Source: Actinomycetota bacterium (GTDB lineage Bacteria > Actinomycetota > Acidimicrobiia > Acidimicrobiales > VFJN01). Taken from it: a DNA stretch of 64,000 nucleotides. Under the pieces are notes generated by a model, which was not told the origin of the DNA, ran no database searches, and worked only from the letters and a program-made list of their open reading frames with translations. The stretch's first letter is position 1; every line of letters starts with the position of its first letter. The position numbers and the translations under genes were made by a program. Location: positions 89,022-153,021 of the forward strand of contig JBMOLI010000011.1 of assembly GCA_049325515.1 (NCBI GenBank). Direction: 5' to 3'. Positions 19,862 through 28,364 of this stretch are shown here, in pieces.

Positions 19862-20064
19862 GCGTGGACTCCCCCGCGATTTGGCCGCTCCGATGGAACG
19901 GGAAGAACCGCAGTATGCCGAACCGATCGGCTCGCGTCCACCACTCTTTCCGAGATTGCCGCCTTGAGACCATACCAATCGGATGTAGGAGCACACAACC
20001 ACCCATATTGCCAATTGGGCCAACCAGATATAGAGGTCGAAACGGCACTCTCCTGCCCTCGAAG

Positions 20065-22413
20065 CTAGCGAGAGCGGCTTGGCCCATATACCTCGAATCG
20101 CTCTACTTCGCGCAGTTCGACAGTCGGCGCATCCTCCCCACTCCTCTGCCAGCCCGCTGGTCCGTCGACGGTGACGCGCAGGAGGTCGGGGTTGACGAGC
20201 GGCTGGGGCACGACGTCGAGCCGGTAGCCGTCGCTCAGGTCCAGATCGCCCTCTAGCTGAAAGGTGATCTCGATCGTGCGCCCCGCAGGTACATCGACCT
20301 GGGCGGTGTAGCGGTTCCGACCATGGGCTCTGAACGCGCCACGGCCCACTGACCGGCCGCCCTGGGTGACGTCGACGAGCTCGAGCGGTGTGTACACGGA
20401 CACCGTCGTGGAGTTGGTTCCGGTGGGCTTGCCGACGCGGTTCCCGATCACGGGATCGGGCAGTCCCGTAGAGGGCGCGTCGTTCTCGATCGACACGGTG
20501 AGGGTGGCCCTCACGCGGTCGCTACCTGGATCCACTGCCACCGAGTAGTCGATGGTCCGCTGCATCATCGCGTCGATCTTGCTCAAGCCTCTGTTCGATG
20601 CTCGCACCGACAGGAAGTCACCTCGGACGGGTGGCATGGCTCCGTCGAGGTTGAAGCGCTCGAACAGCGATTGCTCGGCCGAGTGGAAGCTGTGGAGGAG
20701 GAGCCGCCGCTCGCGCACGGCAGGGGCGAGCGTGTGGACGATGGCTCCCGGCCGGGGCAGATCGCCGGTGGTGAGCTCGTCGAAGACCGTCTCGGCCGCA
20801 TCGACCAGGAAGTCGTGCCTGTCGTCGTCGGGGAACTCGATGTACTGGTCACGAAGCAGGAACGGAGCGGCCGTGTCGCTCGTAAGGGGCTCGTCGTGGT
20901 CGGGCACGCGTATCGGCCCGGTGAGGTCGAGCATGTCGGCCAAGGTCTGAGGGTCCATGTAGAGGACGCCGTCGACGCGACCCGCGTCAGCGCTCCACAT
21001 CTGGCGCACCGCCTCCGCCAACGTGGGGAAGTCGGCGGTGGCTGTGATGTTCTGCCAGAAGCGCTGCGGCTGGAAGGCCAAGAAGTGCGCCGGGAACGCA
21101 GCGCGGTCGGTGAGCTTGCGGCCTCGCATCGACTGGTTGATGTCTCGGACTCGTCCGGTCACCTCGAGGCTGAGCTCACCGTCGTCAGCCACCAGCGTGG
21201 CGTAGGCGCCCATGAAGCCACCGAGCTCACGCGTCTCCGCTGGGGTGCCGAACGCGACGAAGTAGCGCCTCGGGCCCTCGCCGCCGAGCAGGTCAGGGAG
21301 CACTGCCACTGCCTGAGCCGCGGACTCGGCCTCGTCCGCGGCAGAGGCAACGGTCCGCTGCAGCGCCCCGAGTCGGCCCGCTACGGGGGGGAGCAGCCAT
21401 CTCGACTCGACCGCCGACAGCGCCTCTTCCGCGCCGTCGATCGCGGTGCGCACAGACGCGAGCGGAGCCGCCATCGACCTGACGTGTGCCAGGTCCACCT
21501 TGCCGTCCGTGACCTGCAGGTCGTCGACCCGGGCCGAGCGCGCAGCTGTCGCTGCCGCGTCGGTGAGATCGGTGCCCAGCGCTGCAACGGATGTCAGGGC
21601 ACGAGCGTGCTGCCCCACCACGGGCAGGAGCAGCGCCGGCCGGGCCCACCACTGGTCGAGGGCGTCGTGAGCCGCAGCGAGGGAGCGGCTCGAGTCGTCG
21701 AGCAGGTCGGCCGCCCGGTCGCTCTCGCCGTCGCGGGCCGCATCCAACCCGGCCTCCGCCTTCCGCACTCCTTCCAGGAAGTCGTCGAGTGCCAGAGCGC
21801 CCGCCAGTCCGAACCCCGCGAGAGCAAGGCCCACCAGGGCGCCGACGCGCACGGAGAGATATCGCGCGCGCTCGCGCCGACTACCGCCCAGGGCGGACCA
21901 TGCGGTGCGACCTAGGAGGCACGCGACCGCGAAGGACAGGGCGACGTTCAGCTCTGAACGACCAGCAGGCATCGCCGACAGCGTCTGCACGAACGCCGCA
22001 CCCGCAGCGGCGCCCCAGACCCGGTGACCTGTGGCGCGACCGCGGATGGCTGCTGCGAGGCCCACCACGAGCACCGCGATGGTCGCTCCCAACGGCGCTC
22101 CCGCGAGCGCCGCGAGCGTCACGGCAGCGAGGAGCAGCACCCGGGTCGAGGTGAGCGAAGAAGCGAACACCATGACACCACCGAGCACGACGAGCGTGAC
22201 GATGTCGCTACCCATCGTCGCTGTCGGTTGCGCACCGGACCGCGCGGCCAGCGCCGCGCCAACGATCGCGATCGCGATGATGGCGACTCGCTCCAGCCTC
22301 GTCCCCCGCCTCAGGTGCCGTCTCGGCGACGCGCCATCGCTGGCTATGTGCGCCGGCCGCGAGAGCACCGAGAAATCTGGTGGGCTGCTCAGCCTGCCGG
22401 GCATGACGGCCAC
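20065..22413 (-). CDS. DUF4012-family membrane protein
   Basis: 782 aa with multiple N-terminal hydrophobic helices. The RRYFVAFGTPAETRELGGFMGAYATLVADDGEL block is what I recognise as the DUF4012 hallmark. GTG 22411-22413 or ATG 22402-22404 as start. Confidence 0.7.
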   Translation of the reverse strand: MAVMPGRLSSPPDFSVLSRPAHIASDGASPRRHLRRGTRLERVAIIAIAIVGAALAARSGAQPTATMGSDIVTLVVLGGVMVFASSLTSTRVLLLAAVTLAALAGAPLGATIAVLVVGLAAAIRGRATGHRVWGAAAGAAFVQTLSAMPAGRSELNVALSFAVACLLGRTAWSALGGSRRERARYLSVRVGALVGLALAGFGLAGALALDDFLEGVRKAEAGLDAARDGESDRAADLLDDSSRSLAAAHDALDQWWARPALLLPVVGQHARALTSVAALGTDLTDAAATAARSARVDDLQVTDGKVDLAHVRSMAAPLASVRTAIDGAEEALSAVESRWLLPPVAGRLGALQRTVASAADEAESAAQAVAVLPDLLGGEGPRRYFVAFGTPAETRELGGFMGAYATLVADDGELSLEVTGRVRDINQSMRGRKLTDRAAFPAHFLAFQPQRFWQNITATADFPTLAEAVRQMWSADAGRVDGVLYMDPQTLADMLDLTGPIRVPDHDEPLTSDTAAPFLLRDQYIEFPDDDRHDFLVDAAETVFDELTTGDLPRPGAIVHTLAPAVRERRLLLHSFHSAEQSLFERFNLDGAMPPVRGDFLSVRASNRGLSKIDAMMQRTIDYSVAVDPGSDRVRATLTVSIENDAPSTGLPDPVIGNRVGKPTGTNSTTVSVYTPLELVDVTQGGRSVGRGAFRAHGRNRYTAQVDVPAGRTIEITFQLEGDLDLSDGYRLDVVPQPLVNPDLLRVTVDGPAGWQRSGEDAPTVELREVERFEVYGPSRSR

Positions 22414-22429
22414 CCGCGAAGTCCGAGAC

Positions 22430-22783
22430 TCACGGCGGGCCGCTGCTGAGCGTGAGCTCTATCACCGTCCCCTGCGGGACCTTCGTGCCCTGCTGCGGGT
22501 TCTGGCGGATGACGCGATCGCGCGGGATGTTCACCGACGGCGCCCGCACCACGCTCGACTTGAGCTTCACTTGCTCGAGGCTCACCGCCGCGAAGAACCC
22601 GTTCTTGCCAACGACGGTCGGGACGGAGACCAACGGGACGGTGGTGGTGGCGCCCGGCTCCGTGGTGGTGGTGACCGCCGCCTGACCCTTGTCCTCGACG
22701 TCGTAGGAGCGGATCAGCGCCCAGGTGCTCACGCCGAGCGACAAGACCGCCGCTAGGAGCGCTGCGATGGTGAGCCTCTTCAT
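22430..22783 (-). CDS. Membrane-anchored single-PASTA-domain protein
   Basis: 117 aa from ATG 22781-22783: TM helix MKRLTIAALLAAVLSLGVSTWAL, Thr-rich linker, and a PASTA-like VPTVVGKN...IRQNPQQGTKVPQGTVIELTLSSGPP. Confidence 0.7.
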   Translation of the reverse strand: MKRLTIAALLAAVLSLGVSTWALIRSYDVEDKGQAAVTTTTEPGATTTVPLVSVPTVVGKNGFFAAVSLEQVKLKSSVVRAPSVNIPRDRVIRQNPQQGTKVPQGTVIELTLSSGPP

Positions 22784-23049
22784 CGGCGGAATAGTAGGTC
22801 GGATCTTCGGCGCGCCTTCGGCGAATCGCGATCTATGGCATAAGAGCAAATTGGTGCTAACAAGCGGTTTGCACCATGCGACATTCCAGATGCCCTCCGG
22901 TTCGCGCCCGATTGGCCCTTGTTGCTGCAAGAGGCCGTAGACCGATCGGAAGGATGCCTGCTAGGAAGGCAAGCGTTCCGTCAGGTGGGCCAAGCCCCCC
23001 GCGGGAGCATTCACTCATAGGGCGAACCACTAACGGGGGGAAACACCTA

Positions 23050-24612
23050 ATGCACAAGGCAAGGGCACGTTCGATTGTCGCCGCTTTTGCGGTGGCGCTG
23101 GCCGGCATTGCGATATCGCCAGCCGAAGCTGCTGTAGCCACCAACGGCTGCAAGAACAGCGTCATTCCCGGCGCGGAGATCGGCCACTACCCGGCCCAGC
23201 CTGCCTCGCAGAGCGGCCTGAGGGTGTCCTGCAACTTCCGCAACGACACCGGCAACAACATGGTCACTGGCACGTTCACGATCCACGACTTCGACGTCGC
23301 CATGTACCACAACGGTGCCGCTCGCACGATCACCAACACGGCGAGCATCGCCTCGGGTGCGACCACCTTCACGGCCACCAACTTCGCTGGAGCGACGGGC
23401 TTCGTGAACCGGGTGATCACCCAGGTCGGCGGCACGGGCATCCCTGCCCGCACCTTCGTGAAGTCGATCAGCGGCGCTGGTCTCGTCACGTTGAGCAACC
23501 CGACGGTGGCGGTCATCCCCGCCGGCACGTCGTTCAAGATCGACAACGGCCACAGCCGGTCCCGGACCGATGTCGTGACGACCGCAGCGTCGACCACGAT
23601 CACGTCGGCCACCGCCAACTTCACGGCTGCTGACGTGGGTCTGAGCGTCGGTGGCACCTTCATCGCCGCCGACACGACGATCGCCTCGGTGACCAACTCC
23701 ACCACGGTCGTCCTCACCAACGCCGCCACGGCCTCGGGGGCGTCCCAGACGGTCACCTTCGGTGGCTCGCTGCTCAACACCACCACCCGCACCGTCAACA
23801 ACGCCGCGATCACATCAGCCACCGTCATCAACTCGTCGGCGGCGAAGTGGAAGACCGACGACGTTGGCCTGCCCGTGTACGGCCCCGGCATCCCGGCCAA
23901 CACCTACATCCTGTCGGTGTCAGGCGCCAACGCCACCACCACCGGCGGCATGACCGTCAACGCCGGCCCGCTCAACGTCACGATCGGTGACCCGAGCGTT
24001 ACGGCTCCTACGAGTGCCGACACCATCGCCAACCAGGGCGTGCAGCTCAACCTGAACCCCGTGCTCGTGGCGGGCTCCGATGCCTGCTTCAACAACACGA
24101 CGGAGGGCTTCACGACCGTGGCGACGTGGCGCAACCCTGGCTCCTTCGCCGGCACTGGCAGCTTCAACACGCAGCCGGCTGGCACCAAGGCGATCGGCCA
24201 GATCTTCTTCGACACCTCGGTGGCCGACTTCTCGGCCTTCGTGATCGAGCGGCCGCTCCTGGTCGCGGGCGACCCGATCGGTTCGACGCACTACGACCTC
24301 GTGCTCAACTCGCCCACCTCGCTGGCCCTGTGCCCCTCGAGTGCAACGTCGACCGGTCTCGGCTTCTCGCTCGGTGTGCACGCGTCGACAGCAAGCCAGG
24401 CCCAGCTCGCGCCGGGCGTCGGCAAGCCGGGCACGGCTCAGTTCCGGTCCATCCTGCCGCAGGCAGGCGCCGGATACCCGGGCTACGCCTCGACGGCTTA
24501 CGTGGCTTCCGACGACCCGCTGATCACGTTCGCTCCCGCTGCGGAGTTCAACCGTCTCTGCCTCTACCCGGCAGGTTCGGCCAACGTGAACTTCCAGTGC
24601 GGTAACGGCTGA
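23050..24612 (+). CDS. Secreted Thr/Ala-rich repeat protein, function unknown
   Basis: 520 aa from ATG 23050 (GGGGGGA upstream) with signal peptide MHKARARSIVAAFAVALAGIAISPAEA. Three loosely repeated units share the pattern F-x3-DVGL-x-V-x-G-x-GIP-x2-T-x-I-x-SV. Confidence 0.7.
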   Translation: MHKARARSIVAAFAVALAGIAISPAEAAVATNGCKNSVIPGAEIGHYPAQPASQSGLRVSCNFRNDTGNNMVTGTFTIHDFDVAMYHNGAARTITNTASIASGATTFTATNFAGATGFVNRVITQVGGTGIPARTFVKSISGAGLVTLSNPTVAVIPAGTSFKIDNGHSRSRTDVVTTAASTTITSATANFTAADVGLSVGGTFIAADTTIASVTNSTTVVLTNAATASGASQTVTFGGSLLNTTTRTVNNAAITSATVINSSAAKWKTDDVGLPVYGPGIPANTYILSVSGANATTTGGMTVNAGPLNVTIGDPSVTAPTSADTIANQGVQLNLNPVLVAGSDACFNNTTEGFTTVATWRNPGSFAGTGSFNTQPAGTKAIGQIFFDTSVADFSAFVIERPLLVAGDPIGSTHYDLVLNSPTSLALCPSSATSTGLGFSLGVHASTASQAQLAPGVGKPGTAQFRSILPQAGAGYPGYASTAYVASDDPLITFAPAAEFNRLCLYPAGSANVNFQCGNG

Positions 24613-24633
24613 CCTAACACAGCACCAAGACTC

Positions 24634-24669
24634 CGATCGTGGGTGGGCCCGAGGGCCCACCCACGATCG
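24634..24669 (+). terminator. Perfect 17-bp hairpin after the secreted-protein gene
   Basis: CGATCGTGGGTGGGCCC-GA-GGGCCCACCCACGATCG, 21 nt after the stop at 24612. Confidence 0.6.
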
Positions 24670-24689
24670 CGTCTGGTAGTCATACGCAG

Positions 24690-25352
24690 ATGAGGCTTCG
24701 AACCACTACATCGCTGCTGAGCTTGATGCTCCTCATGATCGTGAGCGTCCTGTGGCCCGCGCCTGCGGCAGCCCACGACGAAGAGGAGCACGAGGAAGAT
24801 CCCACCGAGCTGACGACGCCCGATGGAGCCGTCGGGATCGGCGACGGCATCTTCTTGACGGGCGCCACGATCACATCGCCGGGTGAGGCGCCTCGCTCAC
24901 TCGATGCCTACCACGCGGCTGTGTTCGTGCAGTCGTGGCTCGCGTCGGCCTTCTTCGGCACCGACCACGCTGGCGACCCACCGCCCGAGCTGCCGGTGCA
25001 CCGAGTCGACATGACAGGGACCTGGACCGGCACGGAGGGAACGGTCACCGTCTACTACGCCGTGGACGGCCCCACTCCGTACATCGCCTACGGCGAGGGA
25101 TTGGTGCCGCGGCAGCAGCCCTTCACACCGCCGCCTCCGTCGAACTGGTTCAAGCCACCAGCGCGCGTCATCGAAGCCTTCAACGGTGAGGCTGACCTGA
25201 TCCGCACGACTGGCACCCAGCGGGCATCCGGCGAGCTCGACGAGCAGGCTGCGTCCGACGGCTCCGACTCGGACAAGTGGATCTGGGCTGCGGGTGCAGG
25301 CCTCGTTGCGGTCATCGGTGGGGGCTTCTGGTTGCGACGACGGCGCGCCTAG
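24690..25352 (+). CDS. Exported/membrane-anchored hypothetical protein
   Basis: 220 aa from ATG 24690. Signal peptide MRLRTTTSLLSLMLLMIVSVLWPAPAAA, an acidic HDEEEHEED stretch, and a C-terminal helix WIWAAGAGLVAVIGGGFW + RRRR tail. Confidence 0.6.
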   Translation: MRLRTTTSLLSLMLLMIVSVLWPAPAAAHDEEEHEEDPTELTTPDGAVGIGDGIFLTGATITSPGEAPRSLDAYHAAVFVQSWLASAFFGTDHAGDPPPELPVHRVDMTGTWTGTEGTVTVYYAVDGPTPYIAYGEGLVPRQQPFTPPPPSNWFKPPARVIEAFNGEADLIRTTGTQRASGELDEQAASDGSDSDKWIWAAGAGLVAVIGGGFWLRRRRA

Positions 25353-26251
25353 TGCCCGAGCTCAGCGTCGTCGTCGTCGCCTACGACATGGCGCGTGAGC
25401 TCCCACGCACGCTCTGCTCGCTGGCACCGCGCCGTCAGCAGGGCATCCCCGCTTCGTCCTACGAGATCATCGTCGTGGACAACGGTTCCCCTGACGAGCT
25501 GCGACCGCCGCCTCCCGACGAGCTGGGGATGCCCCTCCGGTTGCACCGCATCGACGTGGCTGCTGCGTCACCGGCTGCCGCAGCGAACATCGGCGTTGGG
25601 CTGGCCTCGGGCGCTGTGATCGGGCTGATCGTGGACGGTGCCCGCATGGCGTCCCCCGGCCTGCTCGCGACCGCGCTGACAGCGTCACGCGTGTCGCCGC
25701 GCGCAGTCATCACCGCGCCTGCATGGCACCTCGGGCCCGGGCTCCAGATCGACGCCGCAGCGAACGGCTACGACGAGGCCGCCGAGGACGCGCTCCTCGA
25801 TGGTTGCGGGTGGGAGGAGGACGGCTACGAGCTGTTCGCCGTCTCGACGCCCGCCGCTTCATCGCATCGCGGCCTGTTCGGGCCGATGGGCGAGAGCAGC
25901 TCGCTGTTCATGTCCCACGGGCTGTGGGAAGAGCTGGGGGGCCTCGACGAGCGCTTCACGCTGCCGGGTGGCGGTCTCGTGAACCACGACCTGTACCGCC
26001 GGGCCTGCGCACTTCCCGAGTCGCAGCTCGTCGTCCTCCTGGGTGAGGGCACCTTTCACCAGATCCACGGCGGCGCCGCCACGTCTGGTCGTGTCACCCG
26101 GGACGAGATGCGCACGGAGTACGAGGCGATCCGCGGCGAGCCTCACAGGCCTCCATCGAACCGACCCGTCTACGTGGGGTCTGCGCCGCCGCAGTACATG
26201 CCCTACATCGCATCATCATTGGAGCTGACCGGCGTCGAGAGGCAGCGATGA
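25352..26251 (+). CDS. Glycosyltransferase family 2
   Basis: GTG 25352 overlaps the upstream TAG (TAGTG). Contains LSVVVVAYDM...EIIVVDNGS...LIVDGA and a C-terminal GEGTFHQIHGG. Paralogous to the GT2 domain at about 56171-57050. Confidence 0.8.
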   Translation: MPELSVVVVAYDMARELPRTLCSLAPRRQQGIPASSYEIIVVDNGSPDELRPPPPDELGMPLRLHRIDVAAASPAAAANIGVGLASGAVIGLIVDGARMASPGLLATALTASRVSPRAVITAPAWHLGPGLQIDAAANGYDEAAEDALLDGCGWEEDGYELFAVSTPAASSHRGLFGPMGESSSLFMSHGLWEELGGLDERFTLPGGGLVNHDLYRRACALPESQLVVLLGEGTFHQIHGGAATSGRVTRDEMRTEYEAIRGEPHRPPSNRPVYVGSAPPQYMPYIASSLELTGVERQR

Positions 26252-27177
26252 CCGACGACCTGCACGCGTCCCCCTTCGGCGATCTCCAACGAGCGCCGCA
26301 CTGGCTCTACCGGCTCTACGAGCTGATCACGCTGCCCTTCGCCATCCACTTCATCCTCAGCTCGCCACGCCTGCACCCGAGCTACAACCTCACGCCTTGG
26401 CGTCGCTTCCGCCTGGGGCTGCGGATGTATCGCAACTCGCGCCGCATCTGGACGGGCATCTCCTACCGGGCCCATCTCGCCATGGCGGTGAAGCTGTTCG
26501 AGCTGCCACCGACCATGCGCGGTGTGGTGGTCGAGTGCGGCTGCTTCCGTGGCGGCACCACTGCGAACCTGTCGCTGGCATGCGCCATCGTCGGCCGGGA
26601 GCTGTATGTGTACGACTCCTTCGAGGGGCTGCCGGAGGCAGTCGAAGGTGACAAGTACGGCAACCCGGCCGGGGCTGGGTTCCTGAGCGCCGGCCTCGAA
26701 CAGGTGAAGTCGCACGTCGAAGCACATGGAGCGCCGGAGGTGTGCACCTTTGTGCCGGGCTGGTTCGAGGACACGACACCGGCTCATGAACCACCCATCG
26801 TCATGATGTTCCTCGACGTCGACTACCAGTCGAGCCTCACCGATTGCGTTCTGAACCTGTGGCCCAAGCTGGTCGAACGAGGCTTCTGCTTCATCGACGA
26901 GTACGTGTTCAACGACTACTGCGCGCTGTTCTGGTCGGAGAAGTTCTGGTCGAAGCACTTCAACCGAACACCCCCCGGGCTGATGGGCTCCGGCACCGGG
27001 ATCTCGCTGGGCGGCTTCTACCTGGGAGGCGGCTTCGGGCAGCGCTCCGACTACAGCCGGCCGGCGAGCATCGCGTACACGCGCAAGCACTGGTCAGGCC
27101 ACTGGGCCTACTACCCGGAGGAGAGCGAGCCCGCGGCGGGCGGTGAACCGCACGACCACAGTGGGAGCGAGTCGTGA
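26248..27177 (+). CDS. TylF/macrocin-O-methyltransferase-family SAM methyltransferase
   Basis: ATGA overlap with the upstream stop. Contains VVECGCFRGGTT...VYDSFEGLPE...MFLDVDYQSS...ERGFCFIDEY. Confidence 0.8.
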   Translation: MTDDLHASPFGDLQRAPHWLYRLYELITLPFAIHFILSSPRLHPSYNLTPWRRFRLGLRMYRNSRRIWTGISYRAHLAMAVKLFELPPTMRGVVVECGCFRGGTTANLSLACAIVGRELYVYDSFEGLPEAVEGDKYGNPAGAGFLSAGLEQVKSHVEAHGAPEVCTFVPGWFEDTTPAHEPPIVMMFLDVDYQSSLTDCVLNLWPKLVERGFCFIDEYVFNDYCALFWSEKFWSKHFNRTPPGLMGSGTGISLGGFYLGGGFGQRSDYSRPASIAYTRKHWSGHWAYYPEESEPAAGGEPHDHSGSES

Positions 27178-27258
27178 GCCGGGCGTCCCGTCGGGACCTT
27201 CGGCCCTACGTGACGAGCGGCTCCAGCGGTACGGTTCTCGGAAACGAGGGAGGGGCGT

Positions 27259-28350
27259 GTGGGCAACGCCGCACTGGCTGACGAAGTGGTGCAGATCGTC
27301 GAGAGGGCTGATGCGCTCGAGTCGCGCGGCGAGCTGCGCGCCGCGATCGATCTGCTCAGCGCTGCCAACCGTCGCGCGAGGGACGCTCGGCTCGAGCGAT
27401 CGCTGGCTCGCATCCGGCGGGAGGGCTGCCGTTGGCTGACGGCACCGGCCGTGCCTCCCGTGCGGGAGCCCGTCGCGCCCAAGCCCTCGGACGGCACCAT
27501 CTTCAGCGTCAGACCGGATGAGCTCACGGTCGACTCGCTGCGGGAGGGGCTGGCGCGCAGCGGGTGCGTCCACGTTCGTGGCCTCGTACCCCCGCAGCGG
27601 GTGGAGACCTGGGTCGCTGGCATCGACGCCGCCCTTGCTGCCTACGACGCGGTCGAGGCCGGCGAGGAGGGCGTCGACAAGGCCTGGTACAGCCCCTTCT
27701 CATTGCCCGACCGGGCATCCGCCGCCATAGCGGGAGCCGTCGCCACGCCCGAGGATGCGTTCAAGCCGGCACACATGCCTGAGCGCTTGCGGCGGAAGTT
27801 CATCCGCGACTCCGGTGGGCTCTGGACCGCCTACTCGCCGCGCATGCTGTTCGAGCTCTTCGAGCTGGTCGACGATCTGGGCATCGGCCAGCTGATGACC
27901 GAGTACTTGGGCGAGCGGCCACTCTTGTCGGCGAACAAGTGCACGCTCCGGCGCGTGCCACCTGAGACCGTCACGGGCGGCTGGCACCAAGACGGCGCTT
28001 TCCTGGGCGACCACGTGGGTTCCTTCAACTTCTGGGTGTCGCTGAGCCGGTGCGGGGTCGACGCACCCGGCCTCGACATCGTCCCGAGGCGCATCGATCG
28101 TGTGCTGACCAGCGGAGAGGGCGACGCACAGTTCGACTGGTCGTTGTCAGAGGAGGCGGTGCTGGCCGCCGCGGACGGCGCTCCGATCGTGCGGCCGGAG
28201 TTCGAAGCAGGTGACGCCCTCCTCTTCGACCACCGACTCGTGCACCGCACCGGTGCCACCGCCGGGATGACCCACCAGCGCCACGCGCTCGAGTCGTGGT
28301 TCTTCGCTCCGTCCGCCTATCCCGGCGGACAGATGCCGATCGTCTACTGA
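27259..28350 (+). CDS. PhyH-family Fe(II)/2-oxoglutarate dioxygenase
   Basis: GTG 27259 after GAGGGAGGGG. GGWHQDGAF (HxD) plus LFDHRLVHRT (distal His). About 100-aa helical N-terminal extension. Paralog at 59693-60730. Confidence 0.7.
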   Translation: MGNAALADEVVQIVERADALESRGELRAAIDLLSAANRRARDARLERSLARIRREGCRWLTAPAVPPVREPVAPKPSDGTIFSVRPDELTVDSLREGLARSGCVHVRGLVPPQRVETWVAGIDAALAAYDAVEAGEEGVDKAWYSPFSLPDRASAAIAGAVATPEDAFKPAHMPERLRRKFIRDSGGLWTAYSPRMLFELFELVDDLGIGQLMTEYLGERPLLSANKCTLRRVPPETVTGGWHQDGAFLGDHVGSFNFWVSLSRCGVDAPGLDIVPRRIDRVLTSGEGDAQFDWSLSEEAVLAAADGAPIVRPEFEAGDALLFDHRLVHRTGATAGMTHQRHALESWFFAPSAYPGGQMPIVY

Positions 28351-28364
28351 GGGCTGCCGGCGCC

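Noticed and set aside
22784-23049. Possible riboswitch or sRNA in the 266-nt lower-GC divergent spacer between the PASTA gene and the secreted-protein gene
   Set aside because: I could not match any riboswitch consensus I know (for example the c-di-AMP ydaO type). Only a weak 6-bp inverted repeat (TGGTGC..GCACCA) is present. I treat it as an ordinary divergent promoter region pending an Rfam scan.
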